A stretch of DNA of 64,000 nucleotides from Psammoneis japonica (lineage: Eukaryota). The stretch is taken from positions 1 to 64,000 of the forward strand of contig QPGO01000107.1 in assembly GCA_008632985.1 (NCBI GenBank). The letters run 5' to 3'. The notes beneath the pieces are model-generated. The model was not told the DNA's origin. It did no database searches and was given only the letters and a program-made list of their open reading frames with translations. This document shows, one piece after another, positions 39,327 through 51,532 of the stretch; the first letter of the stretch is position 1; each line of letters begins with the position of its first letter. The position numbers were made by a program, and so were the translations under genes.

Positions 39327-41540
39327 TCAAGGCTGACTCCGCTTCTGCCTTGGCAATGCGACCCTCCACAAACCTTTCAAATTCCGCGCATGCCCAAGCA
39401 ACCCCCCATTGGCCAGTGATGAGTCGGAGATAAGAGTGTCACCATCGACAAACCTCACTACCATGTCCAAATTTACGTAGTCTTGGCAATCGTTTACGCC
39501 TTTTTCCAAAGTTTCGTGGTACTCTTTCCTCTCTCGTTTGACGCGATCATCCACACTCTCTTTGAGCTCATTCGTCCAAGCTTCACCGGAGAGTTCCTTT
39601 CCAGTTAAGTCCTTCACGATTTCAAGGAAAGGCCGAGAATTACCGCATTCCCAATAAGCTTTGGTTAGAGTTGGACCAACCTCTGGGTTATCTACAATGT
39701 AGCCGTACTTTTTCTTAAAGAACTCGCGAGTCTGGTGAACGCTCATTTCGTCAAGCTACAAAGACACAAGGGGCGAACAGAGTACCGTAAGTAAATAAAG
39801 AGCCACAGGCGCAAGCGAATACAACAATCATGCAACACATCACGCACCCTGTATCCCTGGTAGTAACAACTGGCTTCATCACTAACAATGTGAGGAACGC
39901 TTAGAAGAGGTCGAGGACAAAAGCCACCTTGAATAGATATTTCTATCTCGTCCGCGAGTTTCTGAATCGCATCTGCGGTAAGCTCGCTCTCTGGAAGCTC
40001 GTAGAGGGCTTTTTCAAAGTAAGAGACAGAAAGCATCGCACGGAGTTGGAACACCTGGAATGGGTGGGTGGCAAGGATTTCCTCCTCGATGATCTCGAAC
40101 GGAAGAGGCTTTCCATTTAAATCACGGGCATACTTTGCCTCCAGGCTGCGTCGCTTACAAGGGAATCAAGAAACATACTCTGATTCTCAGCATATGCCAC
40201 AGATGTTGGTGCCCTCTCTTGACTGAAAAGAGGTGACGGCTGCTTGATGTTTGCAAAGTGGCTTGCATGGCCTGCCTCATGCATGAGCGTTGTCAACTCA
40301 GTTAGGCCACTTCCAACAGCTGAGGGGTCAGCAAGTGACGTAAAATTGGCTACAGACGGCTGCCAAATTCCACCGGGCTTCACCCATGCTGGCGTAGGCC
40401 AATGACAAAACCCATTGCTATACTTCTTGGGCCGATCAAGCAGGTCTAGATTCATTGTTGCACCAGAGTATGATATGCCAAGGGCAGCGTAGGAACGAAT
40501 GTATCGCTCCACGGACTTTGAAAACGGGAAATAAGGATCCTGCAAACAAGCGGGCGTTGTGAGACTAAGGTGAGACGCAGAGAACTTGCATTCTCCGTTC
40601 TCCGTGTACATTTCATTGTATTGCTTACCAACTTCTTAATGACCGACCCAGCCATCATAAAAGACGTATTCCATGGTTCTAATGCCTCTTTCCCGAAGCG
40701 CCGCTCGAGTTCTTTCCTTCCTTCTTCCATCAATGGGCGAGTGCTCTTTTCCAAATCATCAAGAATCTCAAAGAGTCTGGCTTTTCCAAAGCCCTCCGCA
40801 TTGGTGACCTTGTAGTCATAGTAGTCTACGAAACCCAACTTCTTTGCCATTTTGTTTCGCAGCTTGACAATGTCGACGAATCCGTTAGAACAAACAAAAG
40901 GTCCGATAGACCGAAGACCTTCGTAAGCAGCTTTGCGTGTATTTTCGTCAGCATTTGTGCGCATGAGATTCCGAAGCCCGACGGATGACAAGGCTTGGAA
41001 GGTACCATCTTGAGGCGAAGTGTAGCCTAGTTTCATCTCATTCCTGGCCTGTTCGAGGTCGCTTTCGATTTTACTCGTTTCTTCCCTGATGGTCTTGGCT
41101 TCGGTGGATTCAGACATATCATTGCACTTGCACGTGCGTATGATAACATCAAGAGTCTTGGTCAAATCTTCAATGCCGTCAAGACCCTTTAAGGAAGCTT
41201 GGTGCGACTCGGCCTCCTTCAACATTTTCGGATCCGACAAGAGATCTTCCATTTCCTTCTTTGTCTGCGAGAGAAGTTCAGACGAGAACTGCTTGTCATC
41301 GGTATCCGAGAGCGCCATCCTCGTACCCCAAAACTGCTCCTCAAACGCCAAGTGCTTTGCAGCGTAATCATCGTTGAAACGATCCACAAATGCCTGAGCT
41401 AAAGCAACTACACTGCCTTCAGAGTCTGTTGCCGACATGATAGAGACGATGTTCGTTGTGACAACAGGTACGACTCCAATGGCAACTGCGGCAAAACAGA
41501 GATAACACCGGCTATCCAGCAGTTCCGGCAATTTTTTCAT
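39327..41540 (-). CDS. M3 family metallopeptidase (oligoendopeptidase-like), with introns
   Basis: RNKMAKKLGF.DYY, DLLDRPKKYSNGFC, HEAGH zinc motif, AENQSMF and YYQGY across ORFs 40452..41540, 40117..40611, 39743..40054 and 39327..39746. Ends approximate. Confidence 0.85.
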
Positions 41541-42862
41541 GTTCGTGGCCGGTTAAAGGAAAAGAGAAAAAAAGAGGGGATTCGACCGTTGAACACACAC
41601 ACAATTGACCATGCAACCAGGGCCAGAGTTGCACTGGCTTCTTTTGGTCCAGGGTGGTTGCTGCAGGTGCAAAGAGATGTGACACTGAGTGTGTGCCACC
41701 AAGCTGAGCAGCCCAGCTTGGGTGTCAGCCAAGCCCTGCCAGGCCAGCTGCCCTGGCTCCAGCTCTGCTCTTCCCAGTGTGCGCGAATTGTTGAAGGAGC
41801 ACCACATTGACTCAAAGGCTGTGTTTTGAGTGGGGTAGAGAGAAAAAAATGTCATCTTGACTGGTGCTTGCTTCAGACCCTGCATCATGAGTGCAAGCTC
41901 CTCTTGAGAAATGAGCAAGAACAGCCATTTTTGGTGCCTCTCTTTGGCTGCCCACTTGGCATTGCCAACAAATCTTGAGCCGAACTTCGCTCACAGTTTC
42001 TTCACTCTTCAACCACAAAAGCAGGTTCAACTTTTTCTTTGTGACCGGGGTTGCTGTTGCAGACACAAATGGTGGGCACATGCCATGTGGCTGCTTGGCG
42101 ACAAGAATGTGATGCCAAGCATGTGATGCTGCACACCAAGGAGCCAAGCAGCCCAGCTCAGCTTTGAATGGAGCCCCAGGACAGCAGCCAACTCTGGGTG
42201 ATTTCAGCATGGTTTGCTTGTTCAAGCTGTGCTGCACTCACCCCACAATGCTCTGTGTTGTGGTGGCTTCTTGTTGCAAGCCATGGCTGAGTCAGCAGCC
42301 AGCCAGGGCCCATCTTGCAAAGGCCACACACACATGTTGACCCTGTGCAAAGCTGTGTGAGGGGCCAGGCGCAGGAATTTGAAACAATGGCTTCACAGCC
42401 ATTGGCCCCAAGTTGTCATTTGGTTGGGAGCCATTGCTGAGGGGCTGTGAAGTGTGGGGTTGCGAGCCCAGCCAGGAGCTCACACTCTGTCACAAAGTGC
42501 TGCCACAGCTGTCTTTGCATTGCAGCCAGCCAGGTGTGGTTGACCCCAAGTTGGCACTTGATTTAGAGTGACTGTCAAGGAGCTGTGAAGTGTGGGGTTG
42601 GGCAGTCCAGCCAGCTCACACTCTTTGCTGACAGCAGAAAGAGCTGTCGCAGCTGTCCTTGCATTGTGGTGCCAGCCAGGTGCACACATGGCCAGAGCAG
42701 CCTTGGCACATCCCGCTGACAAAGCTGGCAAAGATGGCGACTCTTGTGGTTGAGCCACCCAGCATGCAGGAGGTCTGGGCACACTCCTGGGAAGTCAAAT
42801 GGGAAGGAGGGCTCAGCATTGCCGCCAGTGGCCGTGCCAGGCACAAATGTCAGCTTGTCTTG

Positions 42863-43139
42863 TGACAGAAAATTGAAGGCAAATGGCAAGAATTCAAACA
42901 ATGACTCCTTGCTGCTGTCTAAATGGCAGATGAGTCTCCGCTCAGAGACCGTTGCAGGAGCCGAAAGACATGCAAGTCGGCACAATCGGGCTGCTGTTGT
43001 TGTTCTTGTGAGCCTTGTGGCTCGAAAGCAAACTACATCGCGCGTGAACGCGCGGAACTAAAGCACACAAAACTGTGCACGGCAAACTAAACAGCGCGCG
43101 ACACTTCGCGCGCACCCAAATCCTGTTCAAATCCTGTCA
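42863..43139 (-). repeat. Copia 3' LTR (277 bp)
   Basis: Direct repeat of 49703-49980 with TG...CA termini. Confidence 0.95.
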
Positions 43140-46100
43140 CTCCCCAGTTTGCTTGAGGAGCCACAGAAACAGATTCAACTTCGGATGGAATGAAGTTCCA
43201 GAACATGAGGGGGCGGAGAAGGTCCCAGATTTGGGAGCAACCCCAATGCTTGCTGAGAATGTCAGCAGGGTTGCGGGAGCCTTCGATGAAGTGGAACTCA
43301 AGGTGGCCAGAGGCAATTGCCTCACGCACACGGTGGAACGACAGTGCGGTGTGTCGCTTGTGTAACTTGGAGTGCGGGATGGTGGCACTGTCTACAACCG
43401 ACTTGTTGTCACCGAACATGCAACTAACGTTACGGATCGGGACGCCAAGGTGGCGCAGGGTGATGCGCAGGTCGACAATCTGCTCAACACAAGTCCTTGC
43501 GGCAACAAATTCAGACCCGCAGGTCGCAGTCTCCACGGTGGCTTGTTTCTTAGAGAACCAATCAGCCGGGAATTTGTTGAGGAAGTGGAGCATTCCCATG
43601 ACAGAGCGTCCGGTGAGCATGCAATGGTGCAAGTTTGCATCGACGCAGTGGGTGGCAGTGACGAACTTGCCAAGGGGCGGTGGAGCATCCTTCAGGATCA
43701 TCTCTTCTGCTTCACCATGCACGGAATGCATCCATTCATAGGCCGGAGCAGGGAGATCCGAATGGTCGGGCTCTTCCGTGCGAACGCGGAGAGCACCGTG
43801 TCGCATCTTGGAGAGGTGCCCACAGACGCGTTTGGCACGATCCAAGTGGCCTTGACGGGGCGCAGCTCGGAAGCTAGAGAGTGACATGACGGCCGTGGTG
43901 ATGTCAATTCGACCAAGGGACACTGCCCATTGGAGTGAACCAACAAGAGACTGGAACTTGTGAATGCCATCGGGTCCCAGCAGTTCGGAAGTGTCCAGTT
44001 CGGGGTGGTCACCCTTCTCTAGAGGTGACAGGGCGTTGGTGGCAGGTTTCTCCCCAAACAGTCGGGCACAGCTGTCGACCATGCGCTCGATGTACTTGCG
44101 CGGAGACAGGCACAAGGTTCCGTCAGGTTCCCGGGAAAAGTCGCAACCCAGATGGAACTCAATGGGTCCCGCACCCTTGAGCTTGAACTTGTGCTTTTCC
44201 GTGAGAGTGTCGACGAAAGATTGAGGGTCCTTCATGGCAATGGCGAGGTCATCCACACAAACGGCAATGCATTCACAGTGGTCGCCGTTCCTGCGCATCC
44301 AAATGTCGGGTTCGGCGCGGCAGGGGAAGAAGCCTTCAGCTCGCAGGCAGTCGGCGAAGCGCTCGTGCCAGCGGAGACCGGAGCTGCGCAGTCCATGCAG
44401 TGCCTTGTGGATGACAAGGATGTGTCCTTCGAGTTTGCCGAACTGGGGTCCAGCTGCAATGTAAAGCTTCTCCTTGGTGGTGGCTTCAAGGCAGGCATTG
44501 CCAATGTCGGTGGCCCATGTCTCCAACTCGTTGAGTTCGGCCAGGAAAATCATCAGCCGAAGGCCACGGAGGGAGACTGCTCCGGAGCAGACACTGTCGA
44601 CAGGTACGTCCGTGAGGTGCCCGTCGGCTACGAGTCATGCCTTGTGGCGACCGTCGTGTTTCACGTCGCACACCAGGTGCACTCGGATCTTCTTGTGTCC
44701 CGCAGGAGGAGTGGAAGACTTGAAGGGCCCGCAGTCATGGAAGACTTCGCATTCGTCGAGTTGGTCCATCTCGAGATTAGTTGCGTCTCCCCACTTGCGG
44801 TTGCCGTTGCGTTCGTCTGGTGACATGGCGTGTTTGCAGTTCCGGGGAACTTCGCATCCACACTTGCAGCGAGGTGCAGTGCGGAAGGAGCGAAGCTTGG
44901 CTTGGTTGGCCATGCGAAACAGCTTCTTTTGGCACCTCGCGATGGTGCGGAACCGCTTCCAGCCATCCGTGTCGAGGAGTCCGTTCTCTCGTGCACAGAT
45001 GGCACAGGTGACGGGGTCATCCTTGGCGATGATGGCAAGAGGCTCGGACGTGATCTCCCCACTTTCCCATTCAAGCATGATGTTGTAGCTGGAGCCTTTC
45101 CAGGTTGGGTGGTGAGGCTTCAGAGGTCCTTCGTGTGACACGATGCGTCGAAATTTCCAAACAGTGGTGTCTTCATCTTCTTGCTCAATGTGATTCATGA
45201 TGTCATTGCAGGCAAGGACTTCCTCGCACTCGTCATTGTTGACAGAGCAGACGAACTTAGTGAGCTCGGGATTGCCGTTCACTTTCCATTCGTGGTCTTC
45301 GACGGCCTTGACGATGCGAGCTCTGTGGCGTTGTCCGTCCTCTTGTGGCTGCATGAGGAAGGTGCGTCCAATGATGTCTTGCGGATCGAAAACTGGCATC
45401 TTGGGTGTCCTGATCTCCCCATCAGGAGAGTCGACGGGGTTGTCGTCATGGCGAGATTTGATGATGGGTTCAGGTGGCTCCCCATCAGGAGGATCAAGAT
45501 GCAGGTTTCGAACGGCAGGATCGGGGGTAGCGGAGCGGACGTTGGACCGGCAGAGGATCTTCTGAGTCTCGTCAGATAGAATCTTGAAGGTCATCTGGTG
45601 GCCGACGTGCTCAGCAATGCCAACGAAGCATCCACGCAACTCACGGGATTCGGACGGCCAATCGGAGTCATCGAGGTGGAAGCACACGGGTTCCCACCAG
45701 TGAAAGCGAAGCAATGGGCTGATGTCCGGGGTGGAGCCAGTGAGAGTCTCGAGGGGCGTGCGCCAGTGGAGACGTGGGGACGCTGCATGGTTGAGCATGA
45801 AGCACACGCACATGAGCGCCAGCAGCCATGTGTGGGCGGGCGAACCAAAACGATCCATGACAGTGTTCGCCATGCACTTCACGGTCTGGCATCGACGCTC
45901 GGCAAAGTTTTGGTGTTGCTGGTGAGGCTCACTTTGCCAGCTAGAGATGAAGAGGGCGCGTAGGATCCCGAGCACTTTGTTGCTGATCTCAACTTGAGCA
46001 CGGTCTCTAATGAGTTTGGATGGGGCACCACGTTCACGGATCTGATCCTCGAGTGTGTTGACAAACTCTTTGTCCGTCTCAGTGCCGCAGACGTCAGTGA

Positions 46101-48756
46101 CGGTAGACTCGGTGCCAACAAACAGTTGGGCGCTGGTGCAACCAGAGTCGACGGCCGGGGTGTCGGCACAAACGGTGTCAGTGGCGACAGGCTCGTTGCG
46201 GCGGTGCACGTTAAGGGCGGGGTTGGGTGATTTGTAGGCTTTGCGAAGGTGTGTGCCGGCGGGCATGCGGGCGTGCTGCGTGGTGCAGTCAAAAGTACGA
46301 CGGACCGCATCGGCAGGTGGGAAGCCAAAGTGAGGCCGAAGAGACTCGAAGGGGGGGTCCTTGGGCTGTACAGTGCGCTCCGGAGGTGGAACGTCATCGC
46401 CCTGGGGGCCAATCGCATGCAGATGACACTCGTAGAACACGTCGTCGTTCGGAAGGAGGTGATCATCGAGGGCGGACGCGTGATCGGCAGACAAGGAAGC
46501 GGACATGATGGTCTCGTTGACAACGACACGATGACGGCAGTTGCCGCATTCGTCAAACAGGTTGGCAGTGGGATCGTCCTGTGGGTCAGAGATCGCGTCG
46601 CACCACTGGTCGTCGTCAGTGACAGAGTGATCGAGGACGGAAGGGTCCCATGTGTGATCACCGGTGAGGATGACATGGGGCAGGGTGTCCCATTCGGCGT
46701 CAGTGTAAGGTCGCATGGCAACACAAGGCAGGCCAGCCTTGATGTCAATGGGGGTGACACAGCCATCAGGAGTGGCAATGCGTTGCAAGCCGTTGGGCAC
46801 CTTGACAGAGCGATCGTTGACATCCTGTTTGCACCATTCAAGCTGGCCACAGGAATGGATGGTCTTGCCCTTGCCCGTGCATGCGCACTGATGGAGGATG
46901 GCAATGACGGGACCACGCTGGGTCTCAATGACGGCACCAGCGGTGACAATGGGGATGTCCACCAATTGATGATCGTCAATGCCCTGAACGTCGACTTGGC
47001 GAGAGGTGCGTGCAATGACGCGAACGTCGTCGCCAGCAATGCTGCCGTTGGCCCCACGATCGACTAGAGCGCCAGTGCGTGTGGAGCGATGAGCAGAGGC
47101 AGAGCAAATGACATTGTGGTTGTCAACGCGGCGGCAAGTGCGGCCGTTAAGTTCCATGTCATCTGCAGAAGCTGGCGGGGTAGAGGAAGCGGCGGATGGC
47201 CCCGGTCGACTGGCATTGGGGGCTTGGTTAGGAGACAACAGACGTTGCAGATCACCGGGTGGCAGTGGCTTGCGCTTGGTGAGGTGCGCCAGGATGGGAT
47301 CATCCGAAGTGGCGTCCACATGTGGAGCGGAGTCACCAGAGTCAGCAGGAGTCGTGTTGGACAAGTTGACATCACCGTCACTCCCAAGGCGTTGGTCGTG
47401 AAGGTTGGCCGTAACAGACTCATGGCAGTTGCTGGCTCGCGGGTTGCGGGGAGGTGGACGAGAATGCTCAAGGATGATCGCCTTGGAGGAATCGGGCAAC
47501 GAATCCCAGAGCCGTTGGTGGTCGGGAGGGAGACGTCTCCATTGGACACCGGTGAGGCTGGGACCGCGGGTGCAGGCAGCATTGGCTTGAAGGACGTCAA
47601 CGTCGCTGTCAATGTCGTAGAACACATCGTCGGACGGTTCCTCGGAGCAGACGTCGTGTGCGTGTGTGGCGCGTCGGGGAGCTCGAGGTGTCGTCTTGGG
47701 TTGAAACGTGCTGTCGCACTGAGCTGCCGCGGAGAGGAGCAAGCCACAGCATTGATCGCATGTGAGGCTCTTGCCACTCTGCGTACGATGCTGATCAGCT
47801 TGGTTCTTGACAGCACGGAGTTCCTCGACAGGGTGCACAGCATTCTCGAGCATGACGCGCTTCTGTCCTTCAGAGAAGTGGTCACTGGCCGGGATGAGTG
47901 CCTCGCACTTGCGCAACTGATCTTGCCAATGAAGGATGAACCCGTGGGTCGGACCTTTCCAAGTGCCATCACCAAGACGCTCGGTGGTGAGGTGCGTGAG
48001 CAGGGTGGAGGACTCGACAGATGCGTGGGTGGAGGCAAGCGCGCACTCAGACAAGGAGCGGCAGACAGTCTGTGCGTCAGAAGACCCCACATTTTCGCGA
48101 ATGAGAGCCTTGCCCTTGTCGGTGAGAAGGATGCGTTCGAAGACGGCGAACATGTGCTTTTGCTGTTCAGCAAAGAGCAGTTTGTCTTCGGGGCTGGTCG
48201 GTTTGTACGACGAGTCTAGAATGCACTCGACGTCTTGGGCACGGGCTTGTGCCACAAGTGAGGTGTGCCAAGTGTGCCACTGCTTGTCGGATTTGAGAGC
48301 CGTGAAAGTGGTGGGATCACGCTTGATGCCTCGCTTGAAGTCCCGCACCGGGTCGCGTGCCTTGGTCGGGTTGGTGACATGTGGAGGTGCAAGGGGTGAG
48401 CTGCCGATGGACACAGAAGACATGCAGTCGGGGCTGAGGCGGCAGGCAAGGAACTCGTCATGCGTGAACAAAGAGGAGTCGTTGGCAACGTCAAGACCTT
48501 TGTGTGCTTTGACAATGTGCAGACTGACCAGTGCTGCTAACATGTTCTCACAACCACGGGGCAAAGGGATCACATTGGCGCCGTTGTCGCACTCAAGCGA
48601 GTCGATTTGGGACGGCATGAACGTGGACAGTTCCTGACGCGAGTCCGTGCCGTCTTGGGCCAAAGCCAAACGAAGAGGACTCCCAGCACCTTGGGCAAGC
48701 ACGGTTCCAACCACGTGCTCGAAACCATCGGTTTGTTGCTGACGAGTGAGAACCAT
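43087..48756 (-). pseudogene. Copia gag-pol polyprotein, single frame with one internal stop, TpA-converted
   Basis: Protease LVDRGANG; integrase VATDT, RDRAQ, QNFAER; RT VKHDGRHKA*LVADG, DIGNAC, KALHGL, AVCVDDL; RNase H CVDA, GSEF, GDN, NPADILSK. The TGA at 44635-44637 is probably from CGA. Confidence 0.93.
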
Positions 48757-49702
48757 GGCAGACAAAAGTGGTGTCAGGATGATCAATTCTGGTTGGGAAG
48801 CGAAGGTGGACTCGAAACTTGGGTGAGAACAGACTTGACTTGAAACAGACTTGACTTGAAATCTTGAACTGTCTTAAAATCAGAAGTCGCCGGGCTTTGT
48901 CATCCCGTTCGTTGTCAAGTGCTAAACTTCCCATCCGGTCCGTAGAGTTGTGCCGGCACGTCCGAACCCGCAGCCAGTGGCGCTTTGGGTTGCTTGCGAG
49001 CGGAGCAGCGGGTTGCAAACCCCTGCAGGTGAGCTGACCAGAGGTGGACAAGACCCCCGAACCGTTCTTATTTTTTACATCGGTTGGATTTCCCGATCAG
49101 GCTGGCCAGTTGATGCAGGCGTCAGGCGCTGTGGACGAACGAACAAACGCGGGAAAGCACCCTCGCCCCAACGTGGGGCTGCAATCACGGCTGCTTGCTC
49201 TCACAGTCGTCCTCGTGGACCTGGTGGAACTGTGGAGCACCAGCAGTCCAGGGTAGATCAGGTGCAATGGACTCGGTGTGCTTGTAGAGTGGCAGCAAAA
49301 CCGCAGTCCGAAGAGTGGGTGCAGGTTCTTGGCCGTGAAGACATGTGTGTATGTGCACACATGTCTTCAGCGACGAAGATCCTTGAACATGTAGGGTTCT
49401 TGACCGTTAACCGATGAACAGGTATGTCAAGGGATGAGGATCAAGGACAGACTTGGATGTGACCGTTGAATGTATGTCTTCAGCGATCAAAGGCAGCACA
49501 ATCAATCCAGACATCCAGCGGTGAGGAGACTTGACGGTGACGTCAACTTCCTGCCGATGCCCTGGCATTGAATGCGCGCAGACTTGCCGATGTATGTAGA
49601 GTGTATACGGAGGTCCACGTAGAATTGAAATAGCGTCGTTGGTAAATCAACGACGACGATGGCGGTTGCTCAATGGGTTGACAATGAGCAAGACTGTCAA
49701 TC

Positions 49703-49980
49703 TGACAGAAAAATTGAAGGCAAATGGCAAGAATTCAAACAATGACTCCTTGCTGCTGTCTAAATGGCAGATGAGTCTCCGCTCAGAGACCGTTGCAGGA
49801 GCCGAAAGACGTGTAAGTCGGTATAATCGGGCTGCTGTTATTGTTCTTGTGAGCCTTGTGGCTCGAAAGCAAACTACATCGCGCGTGAACGCGCGGAACT
49901 AAAGCACACAAAACTGTGCACGGTAAACTAAACAGCGCGCGATGCTTCGCGCGCACCTAAATCCTGTTCAAATCCTGTCA
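49703..49980 (-). repeat. Copia 5' LTR (278 bp)
   Basis: Direct repeat of 42863-43139. Confidence 0.95.
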
Positions 49981-51057
49981 TCTTGAGAGAGATTTGAGCC
50001 CACACAGCCCCGAGTTGGGTGTCTTGGCTGGCAAGTTAGAAAGCATTCTTGAGCACATTTTGGGATGTGGGCAGCACTGTCACCAAGAGAGCTGTTCTGC
50101 AGAGGAAGAGGGAAACAGGCAACAACATTTTGCAAGAGCTGTTTTTGTGTCAATGGTCGGGTGGGATGGGGCAGCATCTGGACTTTGACGGAGCATTTGG
50201 TGGACAAAGCTTGAGCACAGAGAGCTGTCCACTCAAGCTCCACAAGTGGCACATTTCAAAGGTGACACCAATGTGTTCATGCATCAACATGCCTCAAGCT
50301 GCAAGTCACACAAAAAACCACCACCAACCTTTCTCAACCAACCACCATCATGGACAGAACAGGTCAAGAGGCTCGAAACAAGAGTGATTGCTTCATTGAC
50401 TCTCTTCTTGTTTCATGCATTCAAGAGCTTGTTCTTGTCCTTCTCAAATGTTTGTTGTGCATTGTTGTCTCTTTTAATTCAAGTGCAAAGAGGAGTCACT
50501 TTTCTTGTTTCTGTCTCTTGAGATGTTGTTGGTTGTTGAGTGATGCAATTTTTGTTGCTTGTCACATTTTTGGAAATGTTGGCAAACCCGATCACTGCTT
50601 GATTGTCAACCCATTTGCTGTTTTAAGTCTCCATGGCACAAAACACCATAATTCCAGAGCCCTCAATTGTTTCATCAAACGCAGTGCTTTGAAACACGTC
50701 CAACATCAACTCGACTCAGTTGAAATCCCAGTTTGTGGGCGATGAAAAATCACGAATGTCAAACAAATGGCTGCTTTCGACATCAAGATCCCCGAGTTCA
50801 ATCCAAATGTGACGGCACGCCTCACAGCTCATGGCCATGACACACACAAGCATGCCTTGTTGTTGTCATCGCGTGTGCTCGCATCGAAAATGCCGATGGA
50901 TCAAAGTTCAGGAAAAGGATGGAATGCAAATTCATTTGTGCATTCACTGGAGTGGCATTGGCGTAATGACATTCACGGCAGAAGCGATCAAAAATCCTCA
51001 CTCATCATTGACATTTCTGCATTGCTCAGAATTTGAAATCTGACCACCACCGTCAAG

Positions 51058-51175
51058 CATTTGGCTTTCTTTGTGTCGAAGTGGAAACGACACTTGACGA
51101 TTTACACCAACCATTTAGCTTTCTTTGTGTCGAAGTGGAAATGACACTTGACGATTTACACCAACCATTCAGCTT
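51058..51175. repeat. 54-bp tandem repeat (about 2.2 copies)
   Basis: GCTTTCTTTGTGTCGAAGTGGAAA(C/T)GACACTTGACGATTTACACCAACCATT twice. Confidence 0.9.
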
Positions 51176-51532
51176 ACTTTGGCTCAAAGTCAGACAATGA
51201 GATTGGGTCATGGGCTTGTCATCAACCAGCCACGAGCATGAAATCTTTACCGCAGTTCCTCCCAGCCAGATGGAAGAAGAGAAAAGGAAAAGGAAGGAAA
51301 AAACAAACATTGGTGAAGGTTTGAAAGGGTGCGCTGCAGCACCGTAGTGCATGCAGCAGTGAAGACGGACATAGACAGGCACAGACGTGCTGCGTCCTGA
51401 TGCGTTGGGCATGTGGAATTTGGTGCGAAGTGTCACACGTTTGCGTGCGCAGAAGGATGTGGATCGCCAACGGCTGGAATAAAGCAGCACACCACACAGC
51501 AGTCAGTGCAGCTCTGTCATCACGGCGCTAGA

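Larger units (their letters stand above)
42863..49980 (-). mobile_element. Full-length Ty1/copia LTR retrotransposon with 5-bp TSD TCTTG
   Basis: Two LTRs (TGACAG...CTGTCA), TCTTG at 42858-42862 and 49981-49985, PPT-like AACTGGGGAG on the minus strand adjoining the 3' LTR, and a gag-PR-IN-RT-RH ORF. Confidence 0.95.

Noticed and set aside
43087..43200. Copia pol reading through the PPT into the LTR as evidence of an erased stop codon
   Set aside because: Possible, but pol ORFs can naturally extend into the 3' LTR; it cannot be decided without a consensus.
49660..49702. Primer-binding site of the copia element
   Set aside because: The sequence next to the 5' LTR (GATTGACAGTCTTGC on the minus strand) lacks the usual TGG start and I could not match a tRNA by eye.
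42863..49980. ADAR-type editing of retroelement RNA as the cause
   Set aside because: Both A-to-G and T-to-C occur on the same strand, the LTRs diverged after insertion, and DNA transposons and a host-gene duplicate are equally affected.
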